Positions 48,292 through 57,815 of a stretch of 64,000 bases of DNA are shown in pieces. The translations under genes and the position numbers were made by a program. Below the pieces are notes generated by a model. That model searched no databases, was not told the origin of the DNA, and was given only the letters and a program-made list of their open reading frames with translations. The number at the start of each line of letters is the position of its first letter. Positions within the stretch are counted from its first letter, which is position 1. This stretch comes from Candidatus Levyibacteriota bacterium (GTDB lineage Bacteria; Patescibacteriota; Microgenomatia; Levybacterales; UBA12049): NCBI GenBank assembly GCA_029260905.1, contig JAJDCH010000010.1:13027-77026 (forward strand), read 5' to 3'.

Positions 48292-49092
48292 CTACTCGTC
48301 TCTTAAATGTCTGCCAGTAAGATCTAGAAAAACATCCTCTAGTGTTGCATTCTGACGGGATATTTTTTTCTTAAAACCTTTTGCAAGTAAATCCTTTACA
48401 AGTTTTTTGGGCTTATCAATCTTTAAAATTTTTCCACCATCCATGATGGCTACTCTGTCACAAAGCTTTTCTGCCTCTTCCATGTAGTGAGTTGTAAGGA
48501 CTATTGTTGCGCCTGTTTTTTTAATATCACTTACCATTTCCCAGAGATTCAGTCTTGCCTGTGGGTCAAGTCCGGTTGTTGGTTCGTCAAGAAAAACAAT
48601 TTTTGGTTTGTTAATCAGAGTTGTAGCTATTGAGAATCTTTGTTTTTGTCCGCTAGATAAATTGTCAGCATAACTGTCAGCTTTTTCAATCAGGTTAACT
48701 TTTTCTAGCATTTTTTCAGCATCAACATTTGTGTCATAAAAAGCTCCAAACATCTTGAGAAGTTCAGTTAATTTTAATTGCGGGTAGAAATTTGATGATT
48801 GTAGTTGAATTCCTATTTGAGATTTTACCTCCCAAGGATTTTTTAATGTATCAAATCCATCTACTGTAACTGTGCCGTCTGTTTGCTCCTGTAGAGTTTC
48901 GATTATTTCAATTGTTGTTGTTTTTCCTGCGCCATTTGGACCTAGAATTCCAAAGATTTCTCCTTTTTTTACAGAAAATGAAATGTTATCAACTGCCTTG
49001 AAGTCGCCAAATTTTTTAATAAGATTTGAAACCTGTATTATGCTGCCATCACTGATTATCCTTTTTCTGCGGGCTTTTCTGCCAATTGCCAT
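48292..49092 (-). CDS. ABC transporter ATP-binding protein
   Basis: Walker A 'GPNGAGKTTT', signature 'LSSGQKQR' and Walker B 'VFLDEPTTGLD'. Confidence 0.85.
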   Translation of the reverse strand: MAIGRKARRKRIISDGSIIQVSNLIKKFGDFKAVDNISFSVKKGEIFGILGPNGAGKTTTIEIIETLQEQTDGTVTVDGFDTLKNPWEVKSQIGIQLQSSNFYPQLKLTELLKMFGAFYDTNVDAEKMLEKVNLIEKADSYADNLSSGQKQRFSIATTLINKPKIVFLDEPTTGLDPQARLNLWEMVSDIKKTGATIVLTTHYMEEAEKLCDRVAIMDGGKILKIDKPKKLVKDLLAKGFKKKISRQNATLEDVFLDLTGRHLRDE

Positions 49093-49136
49093 TTGGTCAT
49101 TGTACCACGAACAAGCCTAGAAGAAAAGGGAGGTTA

Positions 49137-49772
49137 TTATTTTTTTGCAGCTTTTTCTTCAAGAAATTTTTTACCATGGCCAACTGTGGTATTTATCGGG
49201 ATGTTGGATTTGCAAAGCGGGCATTCATTATCGGTATAAGATGGAACTTCATAGACTGCAAGAGATGAAAAAGGCGCACCCATCATTTTTTCGGTTACAA
49301 GATTTGGATCGCGGTTTACCATTACACAAACTTCGACTATGTTTCCCCCAGTTCGTCTAACCATATTGACTACTTTTTTGACAGATCCACCGGTTGTGGT
49401 GAGATCTTCGACTATCAAAACATTTTTTCCATTTACCAATTTGTCATAACCCCTTGTAAATATTTGATTTTTCTCAGTATCTTTTTCTGTGTAAACACCA
49501 AGAACTTCTTTCTGTTTTAATTTGGACAAATGATACGCGACCCAAGTTGAAAGAATAATTCCACCTAGCGCTGGTCCGACTACCACATCTATGTCTTGAT
49601 CCTTATACTTTTTAGCAAATAATTCTCCTATTCGAGATGTTTCAGTAGTGTGCGGATAGAGAGCGTCTTTATTTATGTATGCTGCAAAATGGCGTCCTGA
49701 TGTACCAACAAAATGACTATCAGCAATTATGGCCTGTGTTTTTTTTAGTATTTCAATAACCTCGTCGTTCAT
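49137..49772 (-). CDS. pyrE: orotate phosphoribosyltransferase (type I PRTase)
   Basis: PRPP-binding 'VLIVEDLTTTGGS'. The gene is adjacent to pyrF. Confidence 0.6.
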   Translation of the reverse strand: MNDEVIEILKKTQAIIADSHFVGTSGRHFAAYINKDALYPHTTETSRIGELFAKKYKDQDIDVVVGPALGGIILSTWVAYHLSKLKQKEVLGVYTEKDTEKNQIFTRGYDKLVNGKNVLIVEDLTTTGGSVKKVVNMVRRTGGNIVEVCVMVNRDPNLVTEKMMGAPFSSLAVYEVPSYTDNECPLCKSNIPINTTVGHGKKFLEEKAAKK

Positions 49773-49779
49773 AAAAGTA

Positions 49780-50580
49780 TTAAATACGAAACTTATTTAT
49801 TTCGTCTCTTAGTTTTTCTGCTTCTTGTTTGGGATTTTCTGCAAAGATTATACTTCTTGAAGCATTGATTATCAAGCCTTTCTTTTGGGAGTTTATTCCG
49901 GCTTTTACAAATCTCTCAGCTGTTCCGCCTTGTGCGCCAATGCCTGGGACAAGAAGAGTCATGTCGCCAGCAATCTGTCGAATTTCAGCTAGTTCTGTAG
50001 GATAAGTAGCGCCAACTACTAGTAAGCAATTATTTAATTTATTCCAATCAGTTGCAACGTTTTTTGCAATAATTTGATAAAGGGGTTTTCCATCAACGAG
50101 TAGATTTTGAAATTCTTCTGAGCCTTTATTGGAACTTTTGCACCAAATAATCAATCCTTTATCTGGAATATCCAAAAATGGCTGCAATCCAACTTTTCCA
50201 ACGTATGGATTAAGTGTTACTGCGTCAGCTCCTATATAATCAAAGGCATAATTGATGTAGCCCAAATTGGAGCTGTCTATATCGGCTCTTTTGAAGTCCA
50301 AAATGATGGGAATCTCTGGATAGTTTTTCCGTAGATAATCACAAGTCATTTTCAGCTCATGTATTCCCTGCTCGCCTCTTGCTTCGTAAAATGCAGAGTT
50401 GGGTTTAAACGCACAGATAAGATCAGTCGTTGCGTCAATTATTTTTTTATTAAATTCAAATTGCGGATTATTTTGGGTTTTTATTTTTTCTGGAAGCTTG
50501 TCTAAATCAGGATCAAGCCCCACACAAAGAAGTGAGTTATTCTTGTCAATCACTTTGTCTAATTTTTGTTGAAATGTCAT
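49780..50580 (-). CDS. pyrF: orotidine-5'-phosphate decarboxylase, long type-2 form
   Basis: 'LCVGLDPDLDKLP' and 'ILDFKRADIDSS' are subfamily-2 OMP decarboxylase motifs. Confidence 0.8.
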   Translation of the reverse strand: MTFQQKLDKVIDKNNSLLCVGLDPDLDKLPEKIKTQNNPQFEFNKKIIDATTDLICAFKPNSAFYEARGEQGIHELKMTCDYLRKNYPEIPIILDFKRADIDSSNLGYINYAFDYIGADAVTLNPYVGKVGLQPFLDIPDKGLIIWCKSSNKGSEEFQNLLVDGKPLYQIIAKNVATDWNKLNNCLLVVGATYPTELAEIRQIAGDMTLLVPGIGAQGGTAERFVKAGINSQKKGLIINASRSIIFAENPKQEAEKLRDEINKFRI

Positions 50581-51650
50581 CTGTTTTTAGTTTCTTTTAT
50601 TTCTTGTGCTAGATATGGATTCCACATGACACCTGTTACGCTAGTTACTGCATCAGCTCCGGATTCCATAAATAATTTATAATGGCTGGCATTAAAGACT
50701 CCTCCAGTTCCTATTATCTTGTAATCAAATTTATTTTTTTTCCTTATTGACCTAAGATCTTTTATCATTTCAATACTCAGATGTCTTATGCAGTCTCCGC
50801 TTACACCAGCTTTTCCAAATCTTGGTTCATCCATTAGTATCGGATTTTTATTTTCATCAACGATTTTTGCCTGAATTGTATTTATAGCTGAATATGCATC
50901 AACATATTCAGCTGTTGCCCTGATCAGATCTTCCAAAATTTTTTTATCTTTAAAGTATGCGAGCTTTACTATGATTTTCGTATCCCCTATTTCTTTTTTT
51001 ACCTCAGATATAATTTTCTTCATCCTTTTAACATCAAAACACAACAGGCTTGTCTTGCCTGCATTCGGACAACTGGTATTCATCTCAATAAGATCAACAC
51101 CCGTTTCTTTTATGAGTCTTGCTCCCTTGGTCCAGCTTTTAAGAAATAGGGCAAAGTCAGAATCGGGAATAGCCTCATAGCTACAGATAAGTACTTGACC
51201 TTTTCTAAGATAGTCTAGGACGCTACGAAGATCTTTTTGCCAAACACCTGGTTCAAATGAAGGATTATTAAAAGAGTTGATGATATTTAAAGGTTCATAA
51301 TATTTATTTGTTCCAACCACTCCTGCTTGAGCTTTATCAATACTGAGGTTTCCTTTTATTTCCGATGCGGCAAGTATATTTGGAAATTTATTGGAAGGAT
51401 ATTTTTCAGGTCTTACTGTTTTGTGGGTTACGATATCAAACCCCTTATCAAGCGCTGCTTTTACAAATCTGCCGTTATAGAGTGGCCCTGCTCCTATTCC
51501 AAACGGAAGATAGACTTTATGACCTAAAAAGTCGTAAGCCGGCTCGCCATGATCTTTAATAACTTTTCCATCAGCAAACGCGCCAAATGGACCATTTTTA
51601 TAGTTATCATCAAAAGTTTTTTCTGGATCGTAAAAAGGTGTGTGTAGCAT
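50577..51650 (-). CDS. pyrD: dihydroorotate dehydrogenase-family flavoprotein, class 1-like
   Basis: 'LIEMNTSCPNAG' (active-site Cys loop) and 'IIGTGGVFNASHYKLFMESGADAV' (FMN-binding C-terminus). Confidence 0.65.
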   Translation of the reverse strand: MLHTPFYDPEKTFDDNYKNGPFGAFADGKVIKDHGEPAYDFLGHKVYLPFGIGAGPLYNGRFVKAALDKGFDIVTHKTVRPEKYPSNKFPNILAASEIKGNLSIDKAQAGVVGTNKYYEPLNIINSFNNPSFEPGVWQKDLRSVLDYLRKGQVLICSYEAIPDSDFALFLKSWTKGARLIKETGVDLIEMNTSCPNAGKTSLLCFDVKRMKKIISEVKKEIGDTKIIVKLAYFKDKKILEDLIRATAEYVDAYSAINTIQAKIVDENKNPILMDEPRFGKAGVSGDCIRHLSIEMIKDLRSIRKKNKFDYKIIGTGGVFNASHYKLFMESGADAVTSVTGVMWNPYLAQEIKETKNR

Positions 51651-51651
51651 A

Positions 51652-52632
51652 TTATTTTATTCCCATTGCTTTTCTTCCGTTTATTGTCGCGACTTTAACT
51701 ATTTCTTCAATATCAAACCAGCGGTTTGCTTCCATCAGGAGTCTAAGGTCATTCCACATATTTCCATCATTCATGGGCTTGAAGATATCATAAAGATTAT
51801 CAATTCCTATCGCAACTGGTATGCCAAATTTTGTCAGCTCATCAGCTGGAGTTATGGAATTGTGAGTTGGTGTCATTACTTCGCTTCTCCAACCATCTAT
51901 CCAAGACATTGGATTTGCTACCATTATCATTTTCGCTTTTTTCATCTGTTTGTAGACTTCTTCTCTTTCTTTTCTTGGTCTGGCTGCAATTGATATTCCA
52001 TGTATGCCGACAACTTTTTCTTCCATTCCATATTCAATTGTTTTTCTGGCAAGTAGTTCTGTCTCATGTTCTTCGGGGATGTTCAGCTCATCAACATGCA
52101 TGTGAACCATTTTATTTTTTTCTTTTGCAGTCTTAAGAATTATGTCTATATGTTCTTCTTCATGTGGTGAATCTGTTTTAACTGTGCTTCCGATGATGTC
52201 AGCAAAATCAGCTCCCACCTCAAACCAGTCTCTATTTTCTTTTTTCAAAACACCATAAGTCGGAAGACAAATGTATTTTATTAATATTTGCGATTTGTAT
52301 GCATCCCTTGCTTTCTCTGCTGCTTTTATTGCTTTGTCTTTTACATCCGGTGTTACATCTATAAAAGAAACAGTTGCAGTAACATCTTGTTCAATCATCA
52401 GCTCAAGTGATTTTGCAATACGGTCATAAATCTGATCAACAGTTGAGTTTTTTCTGATGTCTTTGTTTAGAAGCCATTTTTGATCACGTTTCTTGTTAAC
52501 TAATTTGAAAAGCTCAGGTGTGACAGTATAGGATCTATCAAAATGCGCATGGGCATTGACCCATCCCCCATTCTCTTTAATTTTTTGAAGAATTATTTCT
52601 TTTAAGTTTAAATAGTCAATTTTATTAGTCAT
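51652..52632 (-). CDS. amidohydrolase-superfamily protein, cytosine-deaminase (CodA)-like
   Basis: 'VNAHAHFDR' (HxH), 'VHMHVDE' (compare CodA VHCDE), 'MVANPMS' and 'GIDNLYD' (compare CodA GHDDVFD). Its position would fit pyrC, but the sequence is more CodA-like. Confidence 0.5.
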   Translation of the reverse strand: MTNKIDYLNLKEIILQKIKENGGWVNAHAHFDRSYTVTPELFKLVNKKRDQKWLLNKDIRKNSTVDQIYDRIAKSLELMIEQDVTATVSFIDVTPDVKDKAIKAAEKARDAYKSQILIKYICLPTYGVLKKENRDWFEVGADFADIIGSTVKTDSPHEEEHIDIILKTAKEKNKMVHMHVDELNIPEEHETELLARKTIEYGMEEKVVGIHGISIAARPRKEREEVYKQMKKAKMIMVANPMSWIDGWRSEVMTPTHNSITPADELTKFGIPVAIGIDNLYDIFKPMNDGNMWNDLRLLMEANRWFDIEEIVKVATINGRKAMGIK

Positions 52633-52645
52633 AATTTATTAATAA

Positions 52646-53581
52646 TTAGTTTAGCATATTCATGAGAAAAAGCATTAGTGATTTTTGTACGTGGAGTCTG
52701 TTTTCTGCTTCTTCAAAGACAACTGATTGTGGTCCATCTATCACATCAGCAGCTATCTCATATCCTCGGTATGCAGGGAGACAATGCATAAAGATTGCAT
52801 CTTTTTTGGCAAAATGCATCAGAGTAGAATTTATCTGATAAGGCTTAAATATTTTGAGTCGTTTATCCTTCTCTGCCTCACTTCCCATACTAACCCACGT
52901 ATCTGTCACTACTACATCAGCTCTGCTAACTGCAAGTTTTGGATCATTTGTCTCAAATATTTTTGTTTTTGTTTTTTCTGAGATTTTTTTTGCCCTTTTT
53001 ACAATATCGTGATTCATCTCAAATCCTTTAGGACTGGCCAAGGAAAAATTTATCCCAAGCATCATCGCCCCAAGTAGCATGGTGTGGGTAACGTTATTAT
53101 TTCCATCTCCAACAAATCCGATTGTAAGTCCTTTTAATTTTTTCTTTTTTTCAAGAATTGTCTGGAAGTCTGCTAAGATTTGGCACGGATGTTCTAAATC
53201 TGATAGCGCGTTTATGACAGGAACTGATGAATTTTTTGCAAGTTTAACAATTGATTCATGAGAAAAAGTCCGTGCCATGATGATGTCTGACATGCTGGAT
53301 GTAACGCGAGCTACATCTTCAATCGATTCTCTTTTTCCAAGGCCAATGTCAGTTGGTCCCAGATAAATTGCATGTCCTCCTAGTTGAGTCATCCCAATCT
53401 CAAATGAAAGTCTTGTGCGAAGGCTTGGTTTTTCAAAAATCATTACCAAAGTTTTGTTTTTTAGATACTCTGTTGCTTTTTTGCTTGATTTTAATTTTTG
53501 TTTTAGCTTTATGGAATTTTTTAGAATAGAGAGGATTTCTTTTTCTGTGAGGTCAGTAATTGATACTAAGTGTCTAATCAT
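52646..53581 (-). CDS. argF: ornithine carbamoyltransferase
   Basis: 'SLRTRLSFE', 'HPCQ', 'DTWVSMG' and 'HCLPA' are OTC motifs rather than ATCase motifs. Confidence 0.75.
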   Translation of the reverse strand: MIRHLVSITDLTEKEILSILKNSIKLKQKLKSSKKATEYLKNKTLVMIFEKPSLRTRLSFEIGMTQLGGHAIYLGPTDIGLGKRESIEDVARVTSSMSDIIMARTFSHESIVKLAKNSSVPVINALSDLEHPCQILADFQTILEKKKKLKGLTIGFVGDGNNNVTHTMLLGAMMLGINFSLASPKGFEMNHDIVKRAKKISEKTKTKIFETNDPKLAVSRADVVVTDTWVSMGSEAEKDKRLKIFKPYQINSTLMHFAKKDAIFMHCLPAYRGYEIAADVIDGPQSVVFEEAENRLHVQKSLMLFLMNMLN

Positions 53582-55191
53582 CAGGCTTTGCTTGCAACCA
53601 GTTTTTCAATAAAATCTTTGGCAACAGTTACTGAGGTTATGAGTTGGGCGTTTTTCTCAACTGCTTTATGTCTTATTATTTTTCCATCAGATGAAATATC
53701 TTTTGTGCCGGTTGGGATATTTATAATCAGATCAAATCTGCCTGCATTTAAAAGATCAGCAAGATTTGGTTTGAGATTTGGAGTTGAAATTTTATTGATC
53801 AAAATTGCTTCAATTTTGTTGGTTTTGAGGAATTTGTGAGATTTGTATGTTGCGTACAGTTTGTATCCAAGCTTGTAGAGTTTTTTAATTTCTGGCAAAA
53901 GTTTTATCTTATTTGCCCTTTTACCAATTGAGATGAGTGCTGTATGTTCTCTTTGTTGAGCTTTGACCATTTGAGAGGTGTAATGTTCGATGAAAGGAGC
54001 TGATGCGTTTTGATTAAATTCTTGTGAGCTTTCCATGAAAGTTGCAAGCTTCTCATCAAAAATTGTGTTTGGAGTTTCTAGGGCAACTGCTTCAACATGT
54101 CCCTTAAAGAGTTTCATTGTCACGACTCCAGTTACTTTTTCGTTTGTTTTATCAATAAAAGCATTCAGGCTATCCATGAGTGGTTCGTTCCAAAGCGCGC
54201 CGTATGTGAGATATCCCCATTCTTGATCAATAAGTGTCTTGAATTTATTCTCCCTCATGGTTGATGTATATTGTTCAAGTGCCTGATGCGCTCTTATCAA
54301 GGTCTCAGCAGCTGGTGCTTCATAGACACCTCTTATCTTTAGCCCTATTACCCGGTCCTCAATGCTATGAACTATCCCTACTGCATGGTCCCCTGCCCGC
54401 TTATTAAGTTCAATGATAATGTCTTTTAGTGATTTTGGTTTGCCATCAAGAGCAACAGGCACTCCCTTTACAAATTCAATTTTGATAAGTTCTGGTTCGT
54501 TTTTTGCGTTTTCAGGAGTCTTGGTAATTTGAAGAATCTTTTCAAGTGGTGGTACAATTGCAGGATTTTCGATTTCTCCACCCTCTGCAGTCACTCCCCA
54601 CATGTTGTCGTCATATGAATAAGGCTTATCAGTTGTTTGTTTGACAGGGATGCCGTGTTTTTTGCAGTATTCAAGTTGCTCTGTTCTACCCATTCCCCAT
54701 TCCCTAACTGGTGCCAGGATTTTGATATCAGGATTGTACGCAAGTGCTGCTCCTTCAATCCTGACCTGATCAGTCCCCTTGCCTGTACATCCGTGAGCTA
54801 TAGCATCTGCTCCCTCAATTGCTGCAATCTTTACAACTATTTTTGCAAAAAGATAACGACTGATTGTTGAAACATGATAAGTTCCTTGATACATCAAGTT
54901 TGCCTTGATTGCCATTGAAAGATAATCATCGGCAAATTCATCTTTTGCATCAATAACCATTGCCTTTATAGCGCCTAGCTTGAGAGCTTTCTTGCGAGCT
55001 TCTTCAAGATCGTCTGTTTGCTGCCCGACATCTATTGTTACAGCTATGACTTGTGCTTTGTATTCGTCCTGAATCCATTTGAGCATAGTTGAGGTATCAA
55101 GTCCTCCTGAGTAAAGCAGAACAACTTTTTTGACTTCTCCCTTCCTCCCTTCATATGAAGCAACTTTAGTGTAGGTGGTTGTTTTTTTCAT
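53581..55191 (-). CDS. argG: argininosuccinate synthase fused to a C-terminal MGS-like domain (the CarB allosteric type)
   Basis: N-terminal 'LLYSGGLDTS' PP-loop and an ArgG core of about 400 aa. C-terminal 'GYKLYATYKSHKFL...GRFDLIINIPTGTKDISSDGKIIRHKAVEKNAQLITSV' resembles an MGS-like domain. Confidence 0.75.
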   Translation of the reverse strand: MKKTTTYTKVASYEGRKGEVKKVVLLYSGGLDTSTMLKWIQDEYKAQVIAVTIDVGQQTDDLEEARKKALKLGAIKAMVIDAKDEFADDYLSMAIKANLMYQGTYHVSTISRYLFAKIVVKIAAIEGADAIAHGCTGKGTDQVRIEGAALAYNPDIKILAPVREWGMGRTEQLEYCKKHGIPVKQTTDKPYSYDDNMWGVTAEGGEIENPAIVPPLEKILQITKTPENAKNEPELIKIEFVKGVPVALDGKPKSLKDIIIELNKRAGDHAVGIVHSIEDRVIGLKIRGVYEAPAAETLIRAHQALEQYTSTMRENKFKTLIDQEWGYLTYGALWNEPLMDSLNAFIDKTNEKVTGVVTMKLFKGHVEAVALETPNTIFDEKLATFMESSQEFNQNASAPFIEHYTSQMVKAQQREHTALISIGKRANKIKLLPEIKKLYKLGYKLYATYKSHKFLKTNKIEAILINKISTPNLKPNLADLLNAGRFDLIINIPTGTKDISSDGKIIRHKAVEKNAQLITSVTVAKDFIEKLVASKA

Positions 55192-55339
55192 TTTCGTATA
55201 TTCTTAGTTTAAAATCTTTAAAAAGATATATTTTGGTGTTAAAAAAGTCTAATTTTTTCTTATTCTTATGCTATTTTAGAGAATTCTGGTTAATATGTCA
55301 ATAAATCATTATTTTGACATAGTTTGGAGAGTGGAGATT

Positions 55340-56290
55340 TTAAGATTGTTTTTCTGCAGCGGTTATGAGGTTTTCCATTAGTTTTGCTACATTTACAGGT
55401 CCGACTCCGCCAGGTGTTGGTGTATAGTATCCAGCGATATCTTTTATTTTTTCTACATCATAATCGCCTTTTAATTTTCCGTCTTCTCCCCGTAGTATAC
55501 CAACTCCCACAAGTATCACGCCTTTCTTGATTTTTTCAGGAGTAATTATATTTTCCCGTCCGACTGCCCCCGCTATGATATCTGCATGCCTCATTATTTC
55601 ATCTGGATTTACAGTCTTGCTGTCAATGAGTGTAAACGGCACATCAAGTTTCTTCAGGTAGTCCATGATAGGCCCCCCACCGGTCGGGCCTTTGCCGAGG
55701 ATAATTATTTTTTGGCTTTTGAGCCAAGAAAAGAAATCCGAATTTCGAATATCGAAACTCGAAACAATATCAGAATTATAATTTTCAAAGCTCAAAGCAT
55801 TTTCATCATTTGTATTTTGATTATTTAAATTTGTTTCGGATTTCGGATTTTGTGCTTCAAATTTGAAATATATTTCCTCCAAAATTCTAACTACAGCTAG
55901 TGGCAGCGGTAGTGTGTATGGTGAGTTAGGGTGAAATCCGTCAATATCTTTTTCAGGGTTTGTCGACATTTCAAGTTTTTCAACATTTATTTGATCGGGA
56001 AGTGGTCGTTGGATTAGTATTCCATGAACAGCTGAGTCATCATTTAGTTTATTTAATTTATCAAGTAGCTCATCAGTTGTCACTGTAGTTGGGTAATCTA
56101 GAAGTGTAACCCTGGCACCTATTTCCTCGCCTTTTTTTTGCTTGAGTGCTACGTATGCAACCGATGCAGGATTTTCTCCAACTAAAAACACTACTAAATG
56201 AGGTATTATATTTTTTTTATTTAACTCCCCTACTCTTTTTTTTAATTTTGCATAGATTTTTTCAGCTATTTCTTTCCCGCTTATTTTCAT
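55340..56290 (-). CDS. folD: bifunctional methylene-THF dehydrogenase/cyclohydrolase, with an internal Asn-rich insertion of about 45 aa
   Basis: 'VVFLVGENPASVAYVALKQKKGEEIG', 'HGILIQRPLP' and 'YTPTPGGVGPVNVAKLMENL'. The insertion is 'KFEAQNPKSETNLNNQNTNDEN...'. Confidence 0.8.
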   Translation of the reverse strand: MKISGKEIAEKIYAKLKKRVGELNKKNIIPHLVVFLVGENPASVAYVALKQKKGEEIGARVTLLDYPTTVTTDELLDKLNKLNDDSAVHGILIQRPLPDQINVEKLEMSTNPEKDIDGFHPNSPYTLPLPLAVVRILEEIYFKFEAQNPKSETNLNNQNTNDENALSFENYNSDIVSSFDIRNSDFFSWLKSQKIIILGKGPTGGGPIMDYLKKLDVPFTLIDSKTVNPDEIMRHADIIAGAVGRENIITPEKIKKGVILVGVGILRGEDGKLKGDYDVEKIKDIAGYYTPTPGGVGPVNVAKLMENLITAAEKQS

Positions 56291-56310
56291 AGATTTATTA
56301 TAGCTTATTA

Positions 56311-56931
56311 TTGTATAATTGGCACATGATGAAAAGATTTAGTCTGATTTCAAAAGTTTTAACTATCGTTGTCTTGGGAATTTTAATTTTTTGGTTTTTT
56401 AATTTTTTTAAGAATAAACAAAATTATAATGTAAATTTGAGTAGGCAGACAGTGATTAAGCAAATTCAATCATTAAATAAACTAGAGACCTCTATTTTTA
56501 CAATCGAGAAAGTGATTGAGGTTGGTAAAAGCGGAAATGCTTTTGATCAATTTCTTTATGGAGATAGGATTTTGCTTATCGCGCATGGTCAGGTAATTGG
56601 TGGATTTGATCTTTCAAAACTTAGTGAGGAAGATGTAGAAATAAATGGTGGGACTCTTAAAATTCAGATGCCTTCACCTGAGATATTGGTTAGTAAGTTG
56701 GATAATGATGAGACGAGAGTCTATGATCGCCAGCAAGGGCTTTTGACCAAAGGAGATAAGGAGCTTGAGTCAACTGCAAGGCTTGAAGCAGAAAATGTTA
56801 TCAGAGGTGCAGCTTGTACTGGCGGGATTCTTCAGGAAGCAGAAAAAAATGGAAGAAATCAATTGACGAGTTTGTTTAAATCGCTCGGCTTTGAAACAGT
56901 TATTATCGAGATTCCTCGAGGCGATTGCTAG
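56311..56931 (+). CDS. DUF4230-like membrane-anchored protein
   Basis: An N-terminal transmembrane segment, then a globular domain of about 170 aa. The assignment is tentative. Confidence 0.4.
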   Translation: MYNWHMMKRFSLISKVLTIVVLGILIFWFFNFFKNKQNYNVNLSRQTVIKQIQSLNKLETSIFTIEKVIEVGKSGNAFDQFLYGDRILLIAHGQVIGGFDLSKLSEEDVEINGGTLKIQMPSPEILVSKLDNDETRVYDRQQGLLTKGDKELESTARLEAENVIRGAACTGGILQEAEKNGRNQLTSLFKSLGFETVIIEIPRGDC

Positions 56932-57815
56932 TTTGATATTAGTTTTTTTGCTGTATTCCAGAGTCTTTTATCCCCTTTTTGCTTTTTCCATAGCCAGTAT
57001 TCAAATCCCCAAAAAAGAATTGCTTCCGGGTTTAAGTTTTTTGCTTTTTGAAAATTTATCTTTAATATTTCAGGGTTCATACTTTTGGGATTATCTGCAA
57101 ATTTTTTTGCCGATGATTTTTCCCAAGGCTCTGCCTGAAGTTCTGTAATCCATATTGGTTTTGTAATATTTTTTATTTTGTTTTTTATAATTTTATTATC
57201 TGCCTGAAACCCTCCGTAAAGATTTTTAAAGATAGGCACTTTTGGATAAATATCAAGACCGATTATGTCTGAAATTTCAGCTACGCTTTTCAAATTTTTG
57301 GAAAAAAGTTCATTTCCCCAAAAGTTAATTATTATTTTTCTTTGTGGATCAAGTTTTTTTACTAGACTTACTTCTTTTTCCAGAAAACTTAAAGGAATTA
57401 TTAATTTATCAGGCCCGCTTTTATTCAGAGGTTCGTTTTCAACTTGCCAGCAAGTTATATATTTATATTTTTTAAATTCAGTTATTGTTTTTTCTATGAA
57501 GGCCAAAGCAGTTGATATCTGGGGAAGCTCATTTTCTCTTCTTGCAAATGGTGGTATGTAAAATTCGGGCCAACGGGGACCTTTTATACCAAGCGTGACA
57601 ATAGATTTTTGTTTGGCTTTTTCAAATCTAGAAAGGATATTATGAAGTTTTGTAAAATCGAATTCATTTTGTTTGGTTTCAATCTCGCTCCAATAGCAGC
57701 CGATTCGGACAATATCAAAACCAAAATTGAGTAATTCATGAATTGATTTTTCTGGATCCAATTTTAATTCCTTAATATGAAGACTACTGTAGCTTGTTCC
57801 TAGGATGCACTGCAT
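56928..57815 (-). CDS. clan GH-A (GH5/GH42-like) glycoside hydrolase
   Basis: 'WQVENEP' (NEP acid/base Glu) and 'ITELQAEPW' (nucleophile Glu) are typical of the (beta/alpha)8 retaining glycosidases. Confidence 0.5.
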   Translation of the reverse strand: MQCILGTSYSSLHIKELKLDPEKSIHELLNFGFDIVRIGCYWSEIETKQNEFDFTKLHNILSRFEKAKQKSIVTLGIKGPRWPEFYIPPFARRENELPQISTALAFIEKTITEFKKYKYITCWQVENEPLNKSGPDKLIIPLSFLEKEVSLVKKLDPQRKIIINFWGNELFSKNLKSVAEISDIIGLDIYPKVPIFKNLYGGFQADNKIIKNKIKNITKPIWITELQAEPWEKSSAKKFADNPKSMNPEILKINFQKAKNLNPEAILFWGFEYWLWKKQKGDKRLWNTAKKLISN

